DNA of 64,000 nt from Eledone cirrhosa. Its lineage: Eukaryota. A program made the position numbers and the translations under genes. Shown piece by piece: positions 14,099-27,964 of this stretch. The first letter of the stretch is position 1. Each line of letters begins with the position of its first letter. The stretch lies in contig OZ024745.1 in the NCBI GenBank assembly GCA_964016885.1, forward strand, positions 54,870,001 to 54,934,000, read 5' to 3'. The notes under the pieces were generated by a model. That model had not been told where the DNA came from. It worked only from the letters and a program-made list of their open reading frames with translations, and searched no databases.

Positions 14099-14807
14099 AC
14101 TTTATAATACAATTCTCCGATATTCACAGACTAGTATAATAAATAGGTCTTAGATTATTATAATTTTATTGCTCACTTTCCACTCATACTACGCAATTTA
14201 TCTATTATTTATTATGTATTTAGAGGATACTCTCTATTTTATTCTGTCAAATTAAACAACTCAAATGAACATCTGCGTACTTTATATCATGTATTTGCTC
14301 AATGATTTAGATACATTTACTTTATATGAGTTGTTGGTTTTACCAAATTCAATTCTTCGCGTAAAGTTCGTTTCTGTCCTTTATTTTGTAGGTTTTTAAA
14401 ATTATCTAGTTCTACGTTGATATAATTCTGTTTATTTCAGCCACTTCATTGCTTATATAAGCCATCGGTTCTGTCAATGTTCGCTTCGCAAGAATGTAAT
14501 GTATACTCCCATACAACTTCACACAATAAATTACTTAAAACAACTCTCCGAATGTTTTTGTATCGAATGTTTGCCTGCCACTGATTTTACATGAAAGAAT
14601 AGCCATTACACTATACAAAGCTGACAGTGAAATATTACAAAGTGTTTACTTCCATTTGAAATGGAGAGACAATTTAGTTAATATTAGTTATAAAATAAAT
14701 TAGTAATGTTTTATAAGCTCGAAAAATTAAAACACGTGTTTCCATAAATGCCTAATGATATTAACTTATAAATTGAATGAAGTTCATGTCGCTCTCCCCA
14801 CATCTCT

Positions 14808-14872
<65 letters not shown>

Positions 14873-14990
14873 TTAGTAAAATAACAGATTAAAATTTAAG
14901 CAAAGAATTGCTCTACGGTTCTTATATATTTGATATATATTTATCCTTATCGAGCCCTCTTTGGATTTTAGTCTTCAAATTTATTATTAT

Positions 14991-15050
<60 letters not shown>

Positions 15051-16020
15051 CAACCACACACATACTCACACATGCTCACAACTATGAATGTGAGTTTTCT
15101 CCGTGTGTTTTTGTATGTGTGTGTTTTTTTCTGTTACTTTCTGCGGTTCTGTCGAAGAGAGTTTCAGTTGTTTGTGCATATATACATGTACACTCGCTTA
15201 TACAATAAATATGCATACATACATATTTTGAAGATATGTTTATTAACATCCAGCGCATCAATTAGTTGCACGTCGGAGTCAAAATTCATTGACTTAAAAT
15301 GAAACGTTAAATTAAAAAAAAAGAAATATGTGAGCAGAAAAGGGAATTTTCCCTCTTAAATTAAACCGAGAAAGCATATAAGTTATTTCAACCTTTTATG
15401 ATCAATGTAATTTTAATAACATATTCGGTTTGGAATATTTATTTTTAACTGATATACTAAAAGGAATTTAGTGTATTATAAATCTAAATTCACTCTAAGC
15501 AAGAATATTTTCATACTGAAATTGAATCTCTACTTTCAACCATCGAATGACATCACTCGATTATTTCTTTCCTCCTATCTTCAGCTACCTTTCTCTCGTC
15601 ATTTACATTTATAGCACACGTAACTGTTGTGTTCAGATTAAATGCGCTACGTTTTCTAAAATTGGTCACTATGCCGATGAGGAATGAGCAACAAAGATTT
15701 ATCCGTTTTGGCAGATGTATCTTTCAATGTTTAGCTGAATGCTACAAGAGAAACGGATTAGCCTGTCATTTTTATGATTATTATGTTGGATTAACGTCTA
15801 GGCTTGTTGAATAGGAAATAGATCAAAAACTATTCGGCAAGTGAATAAGTCTAGTTTTGTGAATTTACGTAGGATGTTTAAAATTGGTTGTCATTATGAT
15901 CTACTCGATTTCGAGAAAAAACACAATAGCCATCATATCCAACACCAACTCTTTGCTTATCTTTTAATATATAGCATTATTAGAAAGCTAAATAATAATA
16001 AAAATAATAATAATAATAAT

Positions 16021-19000
16021 GGTTTTTTTATTGGCCACAAGGGCTAACATGAGGTAAAACATTAGAGACAGCACAGAACGGTACAGGACGATACAAAGTG
16101 GGTTTGGGCCGTGTAAAAATGTTATAAAAAGAAGATAGAAATATCAAAAAAATTAAACAATAAAAATTCCCCAATTAGGGGAAACTTCCGAGAGTCACTC
16201 GTGGCGAAAACCACACAAAAGACCACGGCCACCCTGACCACCATGGCAAGCGCCCTCTCTCAGTTTTCCACTCTTCAGTCTACAGGCGCATACTCAGAGC
16301 GGGCCCGTTCACTCGGACCAGACTCACCACTTTCACCCACCTTTCAACAAACTTATTTTCCTCTTCAAGTGCAATTTGAAAGAGTTAATCAGGGATTCGA
16401 CGAAGAGGAAAGTATCCGTCTTGAATCCTTTCAACCTTGTCCACCATACAATCTCTTTCGCCATGGCCACCAGGCAGATGAAAACTGCCTGCCCTTCCTC
16501 CTCCTTACAGGAGGACGGCGGAGCTATCTGCACGATGCACTCAGTCGGTAACCGGATCCGTGTTACACGTGACGGAATGTTCGACATAGCTCCACAAGTC
16601 AGCAATGTTCGGACACTGAACGAGTGCGTGCACAACGGTTTCGTCACCCTGTGCACATCTCGGACAGGTTCGGCTGACGGCACTTCCGTGTCTGTAGAGC
16701 TTATCTCGAACCGGCAACGCTCCCCGGTTGCACTGCCAGGCCAGGAATTTCTGGAAGATGTTCATAGGCCCCAGGCTGAAAGTGCTCTTGAAGAGAGCGA
16801 ACAGCTGATCGCCTTCGACCCCAGGGTCTCCCCGAGAAGGTCGTCACTCCCCCCCTCCACTAGTCCTCAATAGAACGCCGAGGTGGATGTTCCACCGATA
16901 CTAGTTCCAGCTGGTAGAAGGCTGTGAAAGCTTGGAGAAATTCCAGCTTCGAAGCGCTATCCCTCGGTCTTTTCCTGATCCAGGAGTGCAGCTCCGTTAA
17001 TGAGGCGAGCTGGGGAAAAACACATCTGGCAAACGGTGACCACACCTGTTCACCGTCAAGGAAGTACCAGAATAGTCGCAGCCTCAGCGCGTGTTTGCGC
17101 ATCATCAGCCACAGCATGTCCAGCTATCCACGCAACGGGTGTTCACAGCAGATGGATGGTCTGACCATGGGAACACGTCCCTTCCATAAAAAGCGGAAGA
17201 AGAGGCGCTCCATTTTTGTCAGAGTTGAACCGTGGCAAGGCACAACGGTTAGGAGGTAGCAGATGACTGATGCGATGAACGCATTCGCCACCTCTGCCCG
17301 AGCTTTCAGGGACAGCTTCCTCTCGGGCCATTTATGGATGAAAGAGGCCACCATGTTCGTCACCTCGCTCCAGTTTTTCTCCATCTGGAGGTCCGGACCG
17401 AACCAGACCTCGAGCAATTTAACCGGTCTTTCCGTCCAGCGTACCACGACGCTGTCGTGTGGCATGGACTTGCCTCTGAGAGCGTGCCTAGCATCTGGAC
17501 ATGTCCGGCGCTTGAAACCACCACGGTGACGTCATGGGCGTAAGCCGATACGGATCTCCCATATTCCAGTTCGCGTGGGACGTCTCTCATCGACTCCAAT
17601 TTGTGCAGTAATGGTTCTAGGGCCAAAACGTACAAGAGTGACCGCACCGAACCAGACCCCGAGCAATTTACCGGTCCTTCCGTCCAGCGTCCCACAACGC
17701 TGTCGGACGGCATGGACTTGCCTCTCCAGATACCGAGTTGCAAGCCCACCGACTTTCCCTGGCTTATCTTTTCTCCTGTCACCGCTTAGTATTCCTTGGG
17801 AGCGGTGCCGAGCATCTGGACGTGTTTCGTCCTCGACACCACCACGGTGACGACGTCGGTGTAAGCTGACACGGATCTCCCGCATCCCAGTTCGCGTGGG
17901 ACCCCCTCTCATCGTCTCCAATTTGTGTAGTAAAGGCTCTAGGGCTAGTACGTACAAGAGGGACGAGAGGGGCAAACCTGGTGGACCAAGCGCATGATGA
18001 TGAAAGGCTGCGACAGGTGACCATTCACCCTCACAATCGAAGCCGGCAACCTCGAGGATCGCAGCCAGGTACGATGGTCGACCCTATCAAATGCTTTATA
18101 TTGATCCAAGTTGATCAGGGCCCAACCCGTGCCAGGTTCCTTAACCACCCTCTCTATGATGTATCGCATGAGATGGAGGTTGTTGTGGATGGATCTGTCC
18201 GGGATGGCGCATATCTGCGCCTCTCCCACCAGATTACCGACGATAAGCGCCAATCTCTTTGCTAACACGTTGGCCAAAATCTTAACTTTGCGTTTAGCAG
18301 AGTTATGGGCCTGAAGTTGTCTAAAATGTGCCCCTTTTTCTGGTCTTTTCTCAGCAGAGCCACCGCTCCGCGGCTCACAAATTTGGGAATTCTCCCGTTC
18401 TGCTGCCAGTTGCAGTAGACATGTGACAAGAGGTCGCCGAACAAGTCTGGCTTAGACGCATAAAGCTCGTAGGGCAGACCATCCAAACCTGTTGATTTAC
18501 CCCTCGTGCAGTCAGACATCGCTTCCCGTATTTCACCTGCTGTTATCGGATTTTAACAGCACTGCGCTGCCGTCGTCGAGAGCCGCGGCAATCCGTCAAT
18601 GTATGCACTGAAGTCCATACTCCGATCCGGCCCACCGCCGCTCCCGAACAATTGAGCAAATTGCTGTTGAAAAGCCGCACACTTCTGCTCGGGTTCGAGC
18701 AACATGCGCCCGTTTTGATCAGTTAAAGACCGAATTGTGGATGGTTTCCACGTCGCGCCTCCACCACCCGGGCCCATTGAACGGCTTTCGTTCCCTTTTG
18801 TCTTAGAGCACGCGCTCTAGCTCTGACAACGCAGCCTTCATGCTTTGCGTTGAAGAATTGGTCGAGTGCCAATCTCGCCGCAAGCACGTCGGTTGCGATG
18901 CCTGTCCTAAACGCCTCTTCTAGATTTCTAACCAACTCTCCCTTTACTCTATTTTCCTCTATCACTACTCATTTGCTAAACCTAATCGACTCTACTCTAA

Positions 19001-21857
19001 TAGCCCTTTTCAGGGTAAACCACCACCATTTGTTGACGATCACACCCGTTAACGCACGCTTAACTAATTCGCTAATCCGGTCTCTGTAAGCTTTGCGCTC
19101 CGGGAATGACACGTTCAACTTCCAGTAGCCGGGCCCTTGCCCGTGAAGTCTATCTAAGTCAACTTTACAGATCACAAATTTGTGGTCCGTGTAATCGACT
19201 ACCTTAAATTGTGGACAACTTACACTAGCTTTATCTGTTTCCCTACAGAATACCCTATCTAAATACGATCTGGATGACCCGATGCGATTTGCCCATCTCC
19301 ACATTGGCACATTCGGATAATCAAGTATATACCTGTCAGACAGTTCAAAAGGTCTGAGCAGGTTGTTGAGGTTTTTACACCCTCCTGCCCTGTCTACTAG
19401 CCCCACATAATCCCAGCATGCATCTAAGACACCGTCCAGTCGCGCACTAACACTAAAGAGCGGGACGTTCCAAGAAATCTGAAGAAATCTGGCCGTCCTG
19501 ATGGGGCGTAGACGGCTACTAGCCTTAAATCATTGCCTTCGCTGTCGGTCACATCCAGCACCACCAACTTTCCTTCTGGGTCCAGAAAGATGGCCCGTAT
19601 GGCGAGATCCAAGCCTCTCCCAAAAAGCACGGCAACCCCTCTCCCCGATCCTGGACGGCTGGGAGATGCGCATACATCGTAGCCGCCGAAGATCGGTGCG
19701 AAGGCTCGTGCTTCGGATATTCTGGTCTCGCTGATGGTCACCACATCTATGTTTAGTGACCTGAGGTCGTTGAGCAGGTGACCCTGCTTCCAAGATGACC
19801 CCAGGCCACGTACATTTATACTGCCTATTCTAAGTACGGCCATGTTGGATGAGAAACCGGTTAATTGAGAAAGGATCACTTACCTGGATCGTGTGGAGAA
19901 GGGACAGTAGAACCGTCCCTTTAACTGATCATCGCTGTTTCCAAGAGGATGTCGGTGTATATCCTCTTGGTAACCGACCCTCTGAAATCACCAACTGCGT
20001 TGGGGAATTTTTGTTTTAAAAGTTTGTAATGTTCTATGGAGATTTCAATGATGCTTCTCTTGTCGGGAGAGTTCTTGGTGTTGGTGGGGTGTAGTAGTTT
20101 TTTTCTGTGATGTCTTTGTGCCTCTTATAAGAGGTTGCCTGTTATAAGAGGTTTTTATTTGCCATGTTTATGGCTGTGTACTTTTTTGGGGGAAGAGGCG
20201 ATTTTCTGGCTGTTTTCTTGTTGTTGCTGTTGGGTGTGTGTGTTTTGTTGTGTTTGCGATGTTGGTGTTTTTGGTGATGCTGGTGGTGGTGTGGATGCTG
20301 TTGGCGGTGATGCTCGTGGTGTTGATGGTGATGGTGGTGGTGGTGCTGCAAGGCTCCTTGCAGCATTTACCCCTCTTTGTCAGCCTTCGCTTTTGGAGGG
20401 TGATGCTAAGGGCTTTTTTTTTCTTTTTGAGGCAGACCGTTTGATACTTCCCTCCCGCCTCACACTCCATGTTCGATCCAGTGGGGTCCGGGAGGGGCAT
20501 GAGCTCCACTGCTTTTGGTGGAGGTAGTGGAGCCCGCTTCGACGATTTTACTGCCGGTGTAGCTACTGCGACTGTTGGTGTTGCCACCGCTGCGGGTGCT
20601 GCTTTAGTTGTCCGTGTCCTTGGTATGGGTGCCACGGACGTGCAGAAAGTGCAGAAGACTCTGAGGTGACCCTTCTGCCCAAAGAGATAGCACTTTGGGC
20701 GCCTTCCTTCCACGCTTATAGAAAAGTTGGAGCCCTTCTTCGAGGTCTATGATGTCTGGGATGACCTCGATGCACTCATGGTCAGTCTGTATTAGTATGT
20801 GCATGCCTATTCCTGACCAGTTCTCTCGTCCATGTCTCTTCTCTGTTTTTGCAGTATGGTGGTCTTCTTCGCGATTCCAGCCAGTACAGACGCGGCCAGC
20901 CAAGGTATGGGCATGTCGTGCGGGACCTGTGCCATTTTGACCATCACAATTTTCTGCCCGCAGTGTGAGACTTCGCCTCTTGGGGCTGGCGAAAAGTACG
21001 TCTACTGCGGCGTACTTTTTGCATAGGGTGATGGGGTTTTGCGCGCCCAGACGCACTCCAAGGCCTTTTCGATTTGAACCTCTGTGGCTCTCTCCACCCG
21101 ATGTGACATCTTGCTTACGGTGCAGTAAGTCACCGTGCGCAGCTGCTGGTCTTTGAAGAAATTGGGTGGAGGTTTCAGGGAAACTCTATTGTCATTTCTC
21201 TACACCATGGCTCTTGCAACTGCCATCTCCTCCTCCGTGACTAGCACTGTCTCTATATTCGGGCCACACCTGCGGAAGATGTGGCCCCTTTTTCAGCGGC
21301 ACCATTATTGCTGCCGCTACTGCTGTTACTGGTCTTGTTATTGGTGCTGTTGCTGTTGCTACTACTACAAACGGTGTTGTCGGTGTTGTTGCTGTTATCA
21401 GTGTTGTAGTTGGTTGTGTTTTTGTTGCCACCGTTGTTGTTGTTTTCGATGCAATTTGTATTGTTGCTGTTGGTGTTATCGTTGTTTATTTTCTTGTTAG
21501 TGGTGTTAATATCGTTGCATTTGTAGTCATTTTTTTTCTGTTGTCTGTATTTTGGTTGACGCAGTTATCGTTGTAGTTGGTTTGGTATTTTTTTTCAAAA
21601 TTAGTGTTCTCAGTTTGTCTTTGTTCACAGTGCCTGCGGTGGTGCCTGTTGTAACAATGTTTTTAACCCTCCTCTCAACATTTAAATCGTGGTAAAATAT
21701 TTGGACCAAAAGGCCCAAATATTATACTTTCCCCTTCACAGGTCAAAGTCCAAGGGCTTATATGCCTTACACAACAAGAACAATCTAATATCAAATAATA
21801 GTAATATGTACATAAAGCGACTTACTAGGAGCGAGCAAAAAGGACGTCCGAACAGAT
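16021..21857 (-). mobile_element. Near full-length degenerate Tx1-clade LINE (ORF1 with zinc knuckle; ORF2 APE-RT-Cys region)
   Basis: ORF1 remnant CYLFGQKGHLRVFC (~20690). ORF2 from ~19843: MAVLRIGSINVRGLG, SYLDRVF, TDHK, GPGYWKLN, GLDGLPYE, NFRPITLLN, LDQYKAFDRVDH, CPRC..ETVVH. (AAT)n at both ends. Confidence 0.95.
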
Positions 21858-21880
21858 CAATAATAATAATAATAATAATA

Positions 21881-24741
21881 CTTTCTTTATTAACCAAAAG
21901 GGTTTACATAAAGTAGACATTAAGAAGAGTACAGGACAATACAAGACGGTACAAATGGGCATTTCTGCGTGTAAAAAAACCCCCAAAACAGAGGATGTAA
22001 CAAAAAAAGAAACAATGAAAAATGCCCAATAGGTGGGGGGAGACTTCCGAGGGCCATCGTGGAGAAAGCCCATTAAAAAACCCACGGCGACCTTGACCAC
22101 CAGGGCAAGTGCCCTCCCCCAGTTTTCCACCTTCAATTTACAGGCACATATTCAGAGTAGGCCCATTCACACGGGCCATTCTTGCCTCTCTCACTCATCT
22201 TTCAACAAAATGCTAGGAAGAGAGTACTTCTCTCTCTACCCTGATTTTCCTTTTCAAATGAAATTTGAAAGAGTTAATCAGGGCATCACCGAAGAGGTAA
22301 GTGCTCGTCTTCAGCCCTTTCAAACGCGTTCACCATACTATCTCTTTCGCCATGGCCACCAGACAGATAAAAATTGCCTGCACTTCCCGGCTAAAGGAAG
22401 AGGGCGGGGCAATCCTCATTGTGGACTCAGCTGATAGCTGGATCCGTCCTGCATGCGACAGCAGGTGTTCGACATAAACCCACAAGTCAGTAATGCTCGG
22501 ACACTGGACGAGTGTGTGCAGGACGGTTTCGTCGCCCTGCGCGCATCTCGGATATTCCCGGCTGACGGCACCTCCATGCCTGTAGAGTTTATCCCGAACT
22601 GGCAAAGCTCCTCGGTAGCACTGCCAGGCCAGGCATTTCTGGAAATTGTCCATAGGCCCCGGCCCGAAAGTTCTTCCGAAGACATTGGCTAGTTGATTTT
22701 CGTCGAAGCCGAGAGTTTCCCCAAGTACGTCGTCGCTCTACCCCTCCACTGATCCTCTATAGAACGCCAAGGTGGAGTTTGCACTGATAAGATTGCTCGA
22801 ATCGTCGAGGGCTGTGAGCGCCTGAAGACATTCCAGTCTCCAAGCGCTCCCTCTCGGTCTTCGCTTGACCCAGGGCTGCAGCTCCGTCAAGGAGACGAGC
22901 TGGAGAAAGACGCGTCTAACAAACGGCGACCGACTTGATCACCGCCGAGGAAGAGGTGGAGATGTCGCAACCTGAGCGCGTGTCTGCGCATCATCAGCCA
23001 TGGCATGCCCAGCCCTCCAGGTAGCGGGTGTTGACAGCAGATCGACCGCCTGACCATCGGAGCGCGTCTCTTCCACAAAAAGCGAAAGAGCAAACGCTCC
23101 AGCGCAGTCATGCGAGGCTTAGGACAAGGCACGACGGTCAGGCGGTAGTAGACGACGGACGCGACCTTTCAGGGATAGCTTCCTCTCCGCCCATTTCTGG
23201 GTGAGAGAAGCCACTCTGCACGTCAGCTCGTCCCAGTTTTTGTCCGTCTGGAGGTCCGGATCGAACCAGATTTCATAGCAATTTAACGGTCCGTCCGTAC
23301 AGCGCCAGACGACGCTGTTGGACGGTATGGACCTGCCTCTCCAGGTGCTGAGCTGCAGGCACACTGACGTTACCTGGTGGATGATTGCTCCCGTCATCGC
23401 TTCGTATTCTCTCAGTATAGTGCCGAACGCCTTGATGTGTTTGGCGTTCGACACCACTACGGTGACATCGTCCACATATGCTGACACGGATCTTCCGCAT
23501 CATAGTTCGCGTGGGACCCCCTCAACGTCTCTAGTTTGTGCAGTAATGGCTCGAGAGTCAATACGTACAAGAGGGACGAGAGTGGATATCCTTGGTGAAC
23601 CGAGGGCATGATGTTGAACGGTTCCGAAAGGTGACCGTTCACTCTCACCACAGAGCAGATGTCGCTGTGCATGGCAGCGATCCAGCCTCTGAAGACGGGC
23701 CCAAAGCCAGCCGCCCTCAGGACTGCCGCTAGGTAACGATGGTCGACCCTATCGAAAGCTTTCGACTGATCTAAATTGATCAAGGACCCACCCGTGCCAG
23801 CTTCCCTAGCAAACTTCTTCACGATGTATCGCATGAGGTGGAGATTGTCGTGGATGGATCTGTCGGGAATGGCGCATGTCTGCACATCATCAGCCACGGC
23901 ATGCCCAGCCTCCACGTAGCGGGTGTTGACAGCAGATGGACCGTCTGGCGTGGGGTGGTGGGGTTGAGGCTGACCATGTATCCATCTTTTTTTACCATTC
24001 TCTTGGCTTCATGTAATTCATCCTGGCTTACGTCGATTGTTTCGCTTTTCTTGGCTGCTTTGGGAAAGACACATTTTGTTTTTCAGTGGTGTTGATGTTG
24101 TTGTTGTTATCCTCATTGTTGTTGTTGCTGTTGTTGTTATTGTTATTTTTAGTTTCAGTTGTGGTGGAGGTGGTGGTGGTGTCAGTGGTGTTCGGCGTGG
24201 AATAGTCGATTCTGGGTGAATCCATTTTGATGTCACGAGATAATAATTCTTTTTTTTTTGTTTCTGTTGTCGTTGTAGTGGTGGTCGTGTTGGTGGTGGT
24301 ATCAGTGGTGCTCGTTGTTGTTTTTGACATTGTGGTGGTGGGCGTGGCGGCTTTAACACCTGCAGTTATTGTAAATGGCGGGAAATCCATGTCTTTATGC
24401 GGTAATTCTAAATAATTCAAACTGCTATTAATTATATTTTCAGTGTTGGGAACCGTAGCAAGTCTTACAATGGTGTTGGTGTTGCTGGTGGTGGGGCAGG
24501 GGATGTTGGTCTGTTAAAAACAGTAAATTTGTCGTCCATGTTTTTTTTCAAAGAGATTTTTTTTTTGATAAGTAAAAAGTTTAAGTTTTGGGCTCAAGGC
24601 CTCAACATTTTGGTGTCCTTTTCAGAAAGCAATATATGTGAACTTAATAACGAAAATTTTCCATAACTGGCAATTTGAAACAACTGAAAACAACAAACCT
24701 TTGCGGAGCTCAAGATAATACGATTTCCTACGTAGGTCGCC
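21881..24741 (-). mobile_element. Internally deleted Tx1-clade LINE (5'UTR and ORF1 start joined to RT-3' end)
   Basis: LDQSKAFDRVDH, SAYVDDVTV, GGLGMP, PRC..ETVLH. APE and most of ORF1 are missing near 23890-23950. Flanked by (AAT)n. Confidence 0.9.
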
Positions 24742-24759
24742 AATAATAATAAAAATAAA

Positions 24760-24790
<31 letters not shown>

Positions 24791-24792
<2 letters not shown>

Positions 24793-24912
24793 TGTTTCTA
24801 TTTCAGGCACAAGGCCAGCAATTTGAAGGATAGGGAAAAGACGATTAAATCGATCCCCCAATGCGTGACTGGTACTTTATTTTATTGATCTCATAAGGAT
24901 AAAAGGCTAAGC
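24791..24912 (-). mobile_element. tRNA-like SINE, 3' half with (ATT)n tail
   Basis: Reverse complement of the family motif aaaataaagtaccag...attgctggccttgtgcc...gaaacaatt(att)n. Confidence 0.75.
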
Positions 24913-25175
24913 TAACAAAAACAAGGACTGTCCATGGCGAAAAGGTTTTTTGAATAGGGCTCTGTTTGATCGGGGCTAACACGTACTTCGTCACCGTTAA
25001 CATCTGTAGAAACGTTACCATCAACAACATCAGCAACATCAGTAAAACACATGCAAATACATTGTGTATCACACACACATACAAATACATTGTGTATCAT
25101 GCACACACATACAAATACATTGTGTCCCCCCACACACATAAAAATAAAGTGTGTATCACTCACTTACACACACAT

Positions 25176-25288
<113 letters not shown>

Positions 25289-25450
25289 GATATATTCTGT
25301 ATCACACATACACACAACGATATATTTGATGTTGTAGCCGAAGTAATATGTACAGATCTATATAAGTATTCCCTTGCATACAACTGATTGATGAATTTAT
25401 CTTAAACTCTCACGCGCATGTGTGAATAAATTGTAATCGTTTATACTGTT

Positions 25451-25624
25451 GGCACAAGGCCAGCAATTATCCCAGTACGTTACAGATACTTTATTTTATC
25501 GACCCCGTAATTATGAAAGGCAAAGTTAACCTCGGCGTGATTTTTGAACTGAGGCCGTATTAGAACGTAACTCTATGTTGCAAAGCATGACGTCCCATCC
25601 TCTACCGATACTGCCAATCCACCG
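25451..25624 (-). mobile_element. tRNA-like SINE
   Basis: Reverse complement of gtggattggcagtatcggtagag...gttcaaa...gaggttaactttgcctttcat...gtcgataaaataaag...gctggccttgtgcc. Confidence 0.85.
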
Positions 25625-26890
25625 TGAATACATTAAAATGTTTTCTATTCTGATGACAAACATTATAATATGGAAAATAATTTGTGCATATTAGCCACGA
25701 AAACAGAGTCGTACTATATTAGAGTAAACTGTAACTGGTAAATGCGTCTAGCTGAAGCATAACAGCTTATTACGACTGACCGTAATCAATATGTTGATGA
25801 GAGTTTGTCTATTATCCTTTCACGCATTGCACTATATAAAGACGTTTATGGGTATTAAAATGAACGATGCCTGGTATATTAGTGTAAGACTTCTTTTCAT
25901 TTAGCCGGAAAAGTAATATTCACTCGTAGAGTTTGCAATAATCACATAAAAGACTACAGACAGCCACATTTTAAAACATAAAATATTGAATATCCTATCC
26001 CTATCTAACAAAAAAGAAAAAATGCGAAAAGGTATATCCAAAATCTGTCAGAGAGCAATATTTCAGTAACATTTCATGTAAATATCTAAGATTCAATAAT
26101 AGTGTTTGTAAAAACTCAGCATTTGATATAGCAGCACCAACTTCAGCTGCAGCAGTAGAGGCATCACAAACAGCATTCTCCGCCATCGGCAAAAGAAGAA
26201 AAAACAATTACAAGATCTGCATTGTCAAAACGACAACGACAAAATATATATAACATAGTGAGTCAAAGAAAAAGAAACAGCACGAGAGAGGGAAAATGAA
26301 TTACAAATTTACGAATTATATATATAAGCGTATAAAGTTTGGGAAGTGAAATCATCATAGTGGGCCTCGAAGTTGAGGACTACTGAAGCAGTTTAATAGA
26401 GCGATTAGATTTGAGACGCGCTATTTTAGAAAAAAAGCCTGATTCGCTGTGATCTATCGATTTCCGATTGTTTAATGGGATAAAAAACATTCGCACCTGA
26501 TGCTACCCATTAATATTCTGACACAATATATGATAGTTATTATCTTCAGCAATTGATTCCATCCATGAAAACTGCTAGTTTACAGCAGTTTGATAACAGA
26601 CCAGCAGCAAATGCTCGCAGAAGTACTTTCATTATTAAAATGGCGGATTCATATCCAGCCAAGCTAAGCATGCTACCATGTGTATAGGCTTTTTCTTCCT
26701 CTATCTTATCATACAACCACGCACACAAACCACCATTCTTCAGACATGTCTGTCTATCTATCTGTCTATCGACACACACACACACGCACGCACACACACA
26801 CACATATATATATACGAATAATTCATTTTTTATTTAATTAATCAATCATTATTTCGTAATAAAATATATCCTTACATGATTTTAATCAAC

Positions 26891-27032
26891 CCAGTGCTTT
26901 ATTTTATTGACCCGTATGGATGAAAGACAAAACTAACCTGGGCGGCATTTGAACTCAGAATGTAAAGGGCCTTAACTAAATTCCGCAAAGCATAGTGTCC
27001 TACGCTCTACTGATACTGCCAATCCGCCACCC
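26891..27032 (-). mobile_element. tRNA-like SINE (3'-truncated)
   Basis: Reverse complement of gggtggcggattggcagtatcagtagag...tctgagttcaaatgccgcc. Confidence 0.8.
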
Positions 27033-27204
27033 TTGGGCAATAAATAATTGCAAAAGCGCAAATTATCTGGACATACGGTAAACGTTATTAGATATTTTAA
27101 GCAAAACTGGCAATTTTACTGCAAACCAAAAGCATTCGACAAGGAACTTAATAGAAGAACAATAGAGGTAAATATATCTCCCACAGTAAAGGAAAATATA
27201 AAAT

Positions 27205-27400
27205 AAAAATAGAGAATTGTATATTCTGATTCATATCATTGATGAGGCTCTGAAATATCATTAGTTGTTCAAGATCCTCCCTCCACAATATGAAGCAGTC
27301 GTTCAAGTACCTCTTCCATTTTTCTTGAATGTAGTCGCTGAAATTATTCCCATAAAATTGGTCAGTTTTTTTGTTTTTTGTAAAACCACAAACGTAGTCC
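27205..27400 (-). mobile_element. Penelope-like element reverse transcriptase fragment
   Basis: [36 protein letters not shown] matches the PLE RT motif (RYxDDxFxxW...IxFT). Confidence 0.75.
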
Positions 27401-27510
27401 AACATTACTAGAGAACAATTGGAATATTCCCTATAACGTGTGATTTGTAAAGAAACCTCGACAGTTTTAATTTTTTCACTATACATATGTATGTGTGTGT
27501 GTGTGCGTGC

Positions 27511-27613
<103 letters not shown>

Positions 27614-27964
27614 GTGAGTGAGAGAGAGGGAGAGAGATTGGGAATTACTTCTTAAACACCTAGTCACGTTGGCGCCTATTAGTAATTGCTATAGAAATGC
27701 AATCAAAGTGTTCCTCTTTCAAGAAGAATTGAGTTCGTCTCGGAGAACATTCATGCAAAATTCGAAGATAAAGAAGGATATTTATGTTAATCGAAGCTGT
27801 TCGATGTTAACAGAATTGTGAGGCGTATTCAGTTTTACCAAGGATATCTAATGTTCCACATTTTGAAAAAATGGGTTTAAAGTTAACAAAATTGTTTGTG
27901 GTTAATAATATCGATGTATGTCTTAATAATATTTCAAATCTTACTATTATGATTAATTTTCATT

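Noticed and set aside
15585-15840. Exon with zinc-knuckle-like CATFSKIGHYADE after a polypyrimidine-AG
   Set aside because: Two of the Cys ligands are missing and stops flank it; insufficient support.
26546-26740. Exon of a DEAH-helicase-like gene (VLLRAFAAGLLSNCCKL)
   Set aside because: Only a short resemblance, with no supporting exons or clear splice sites.
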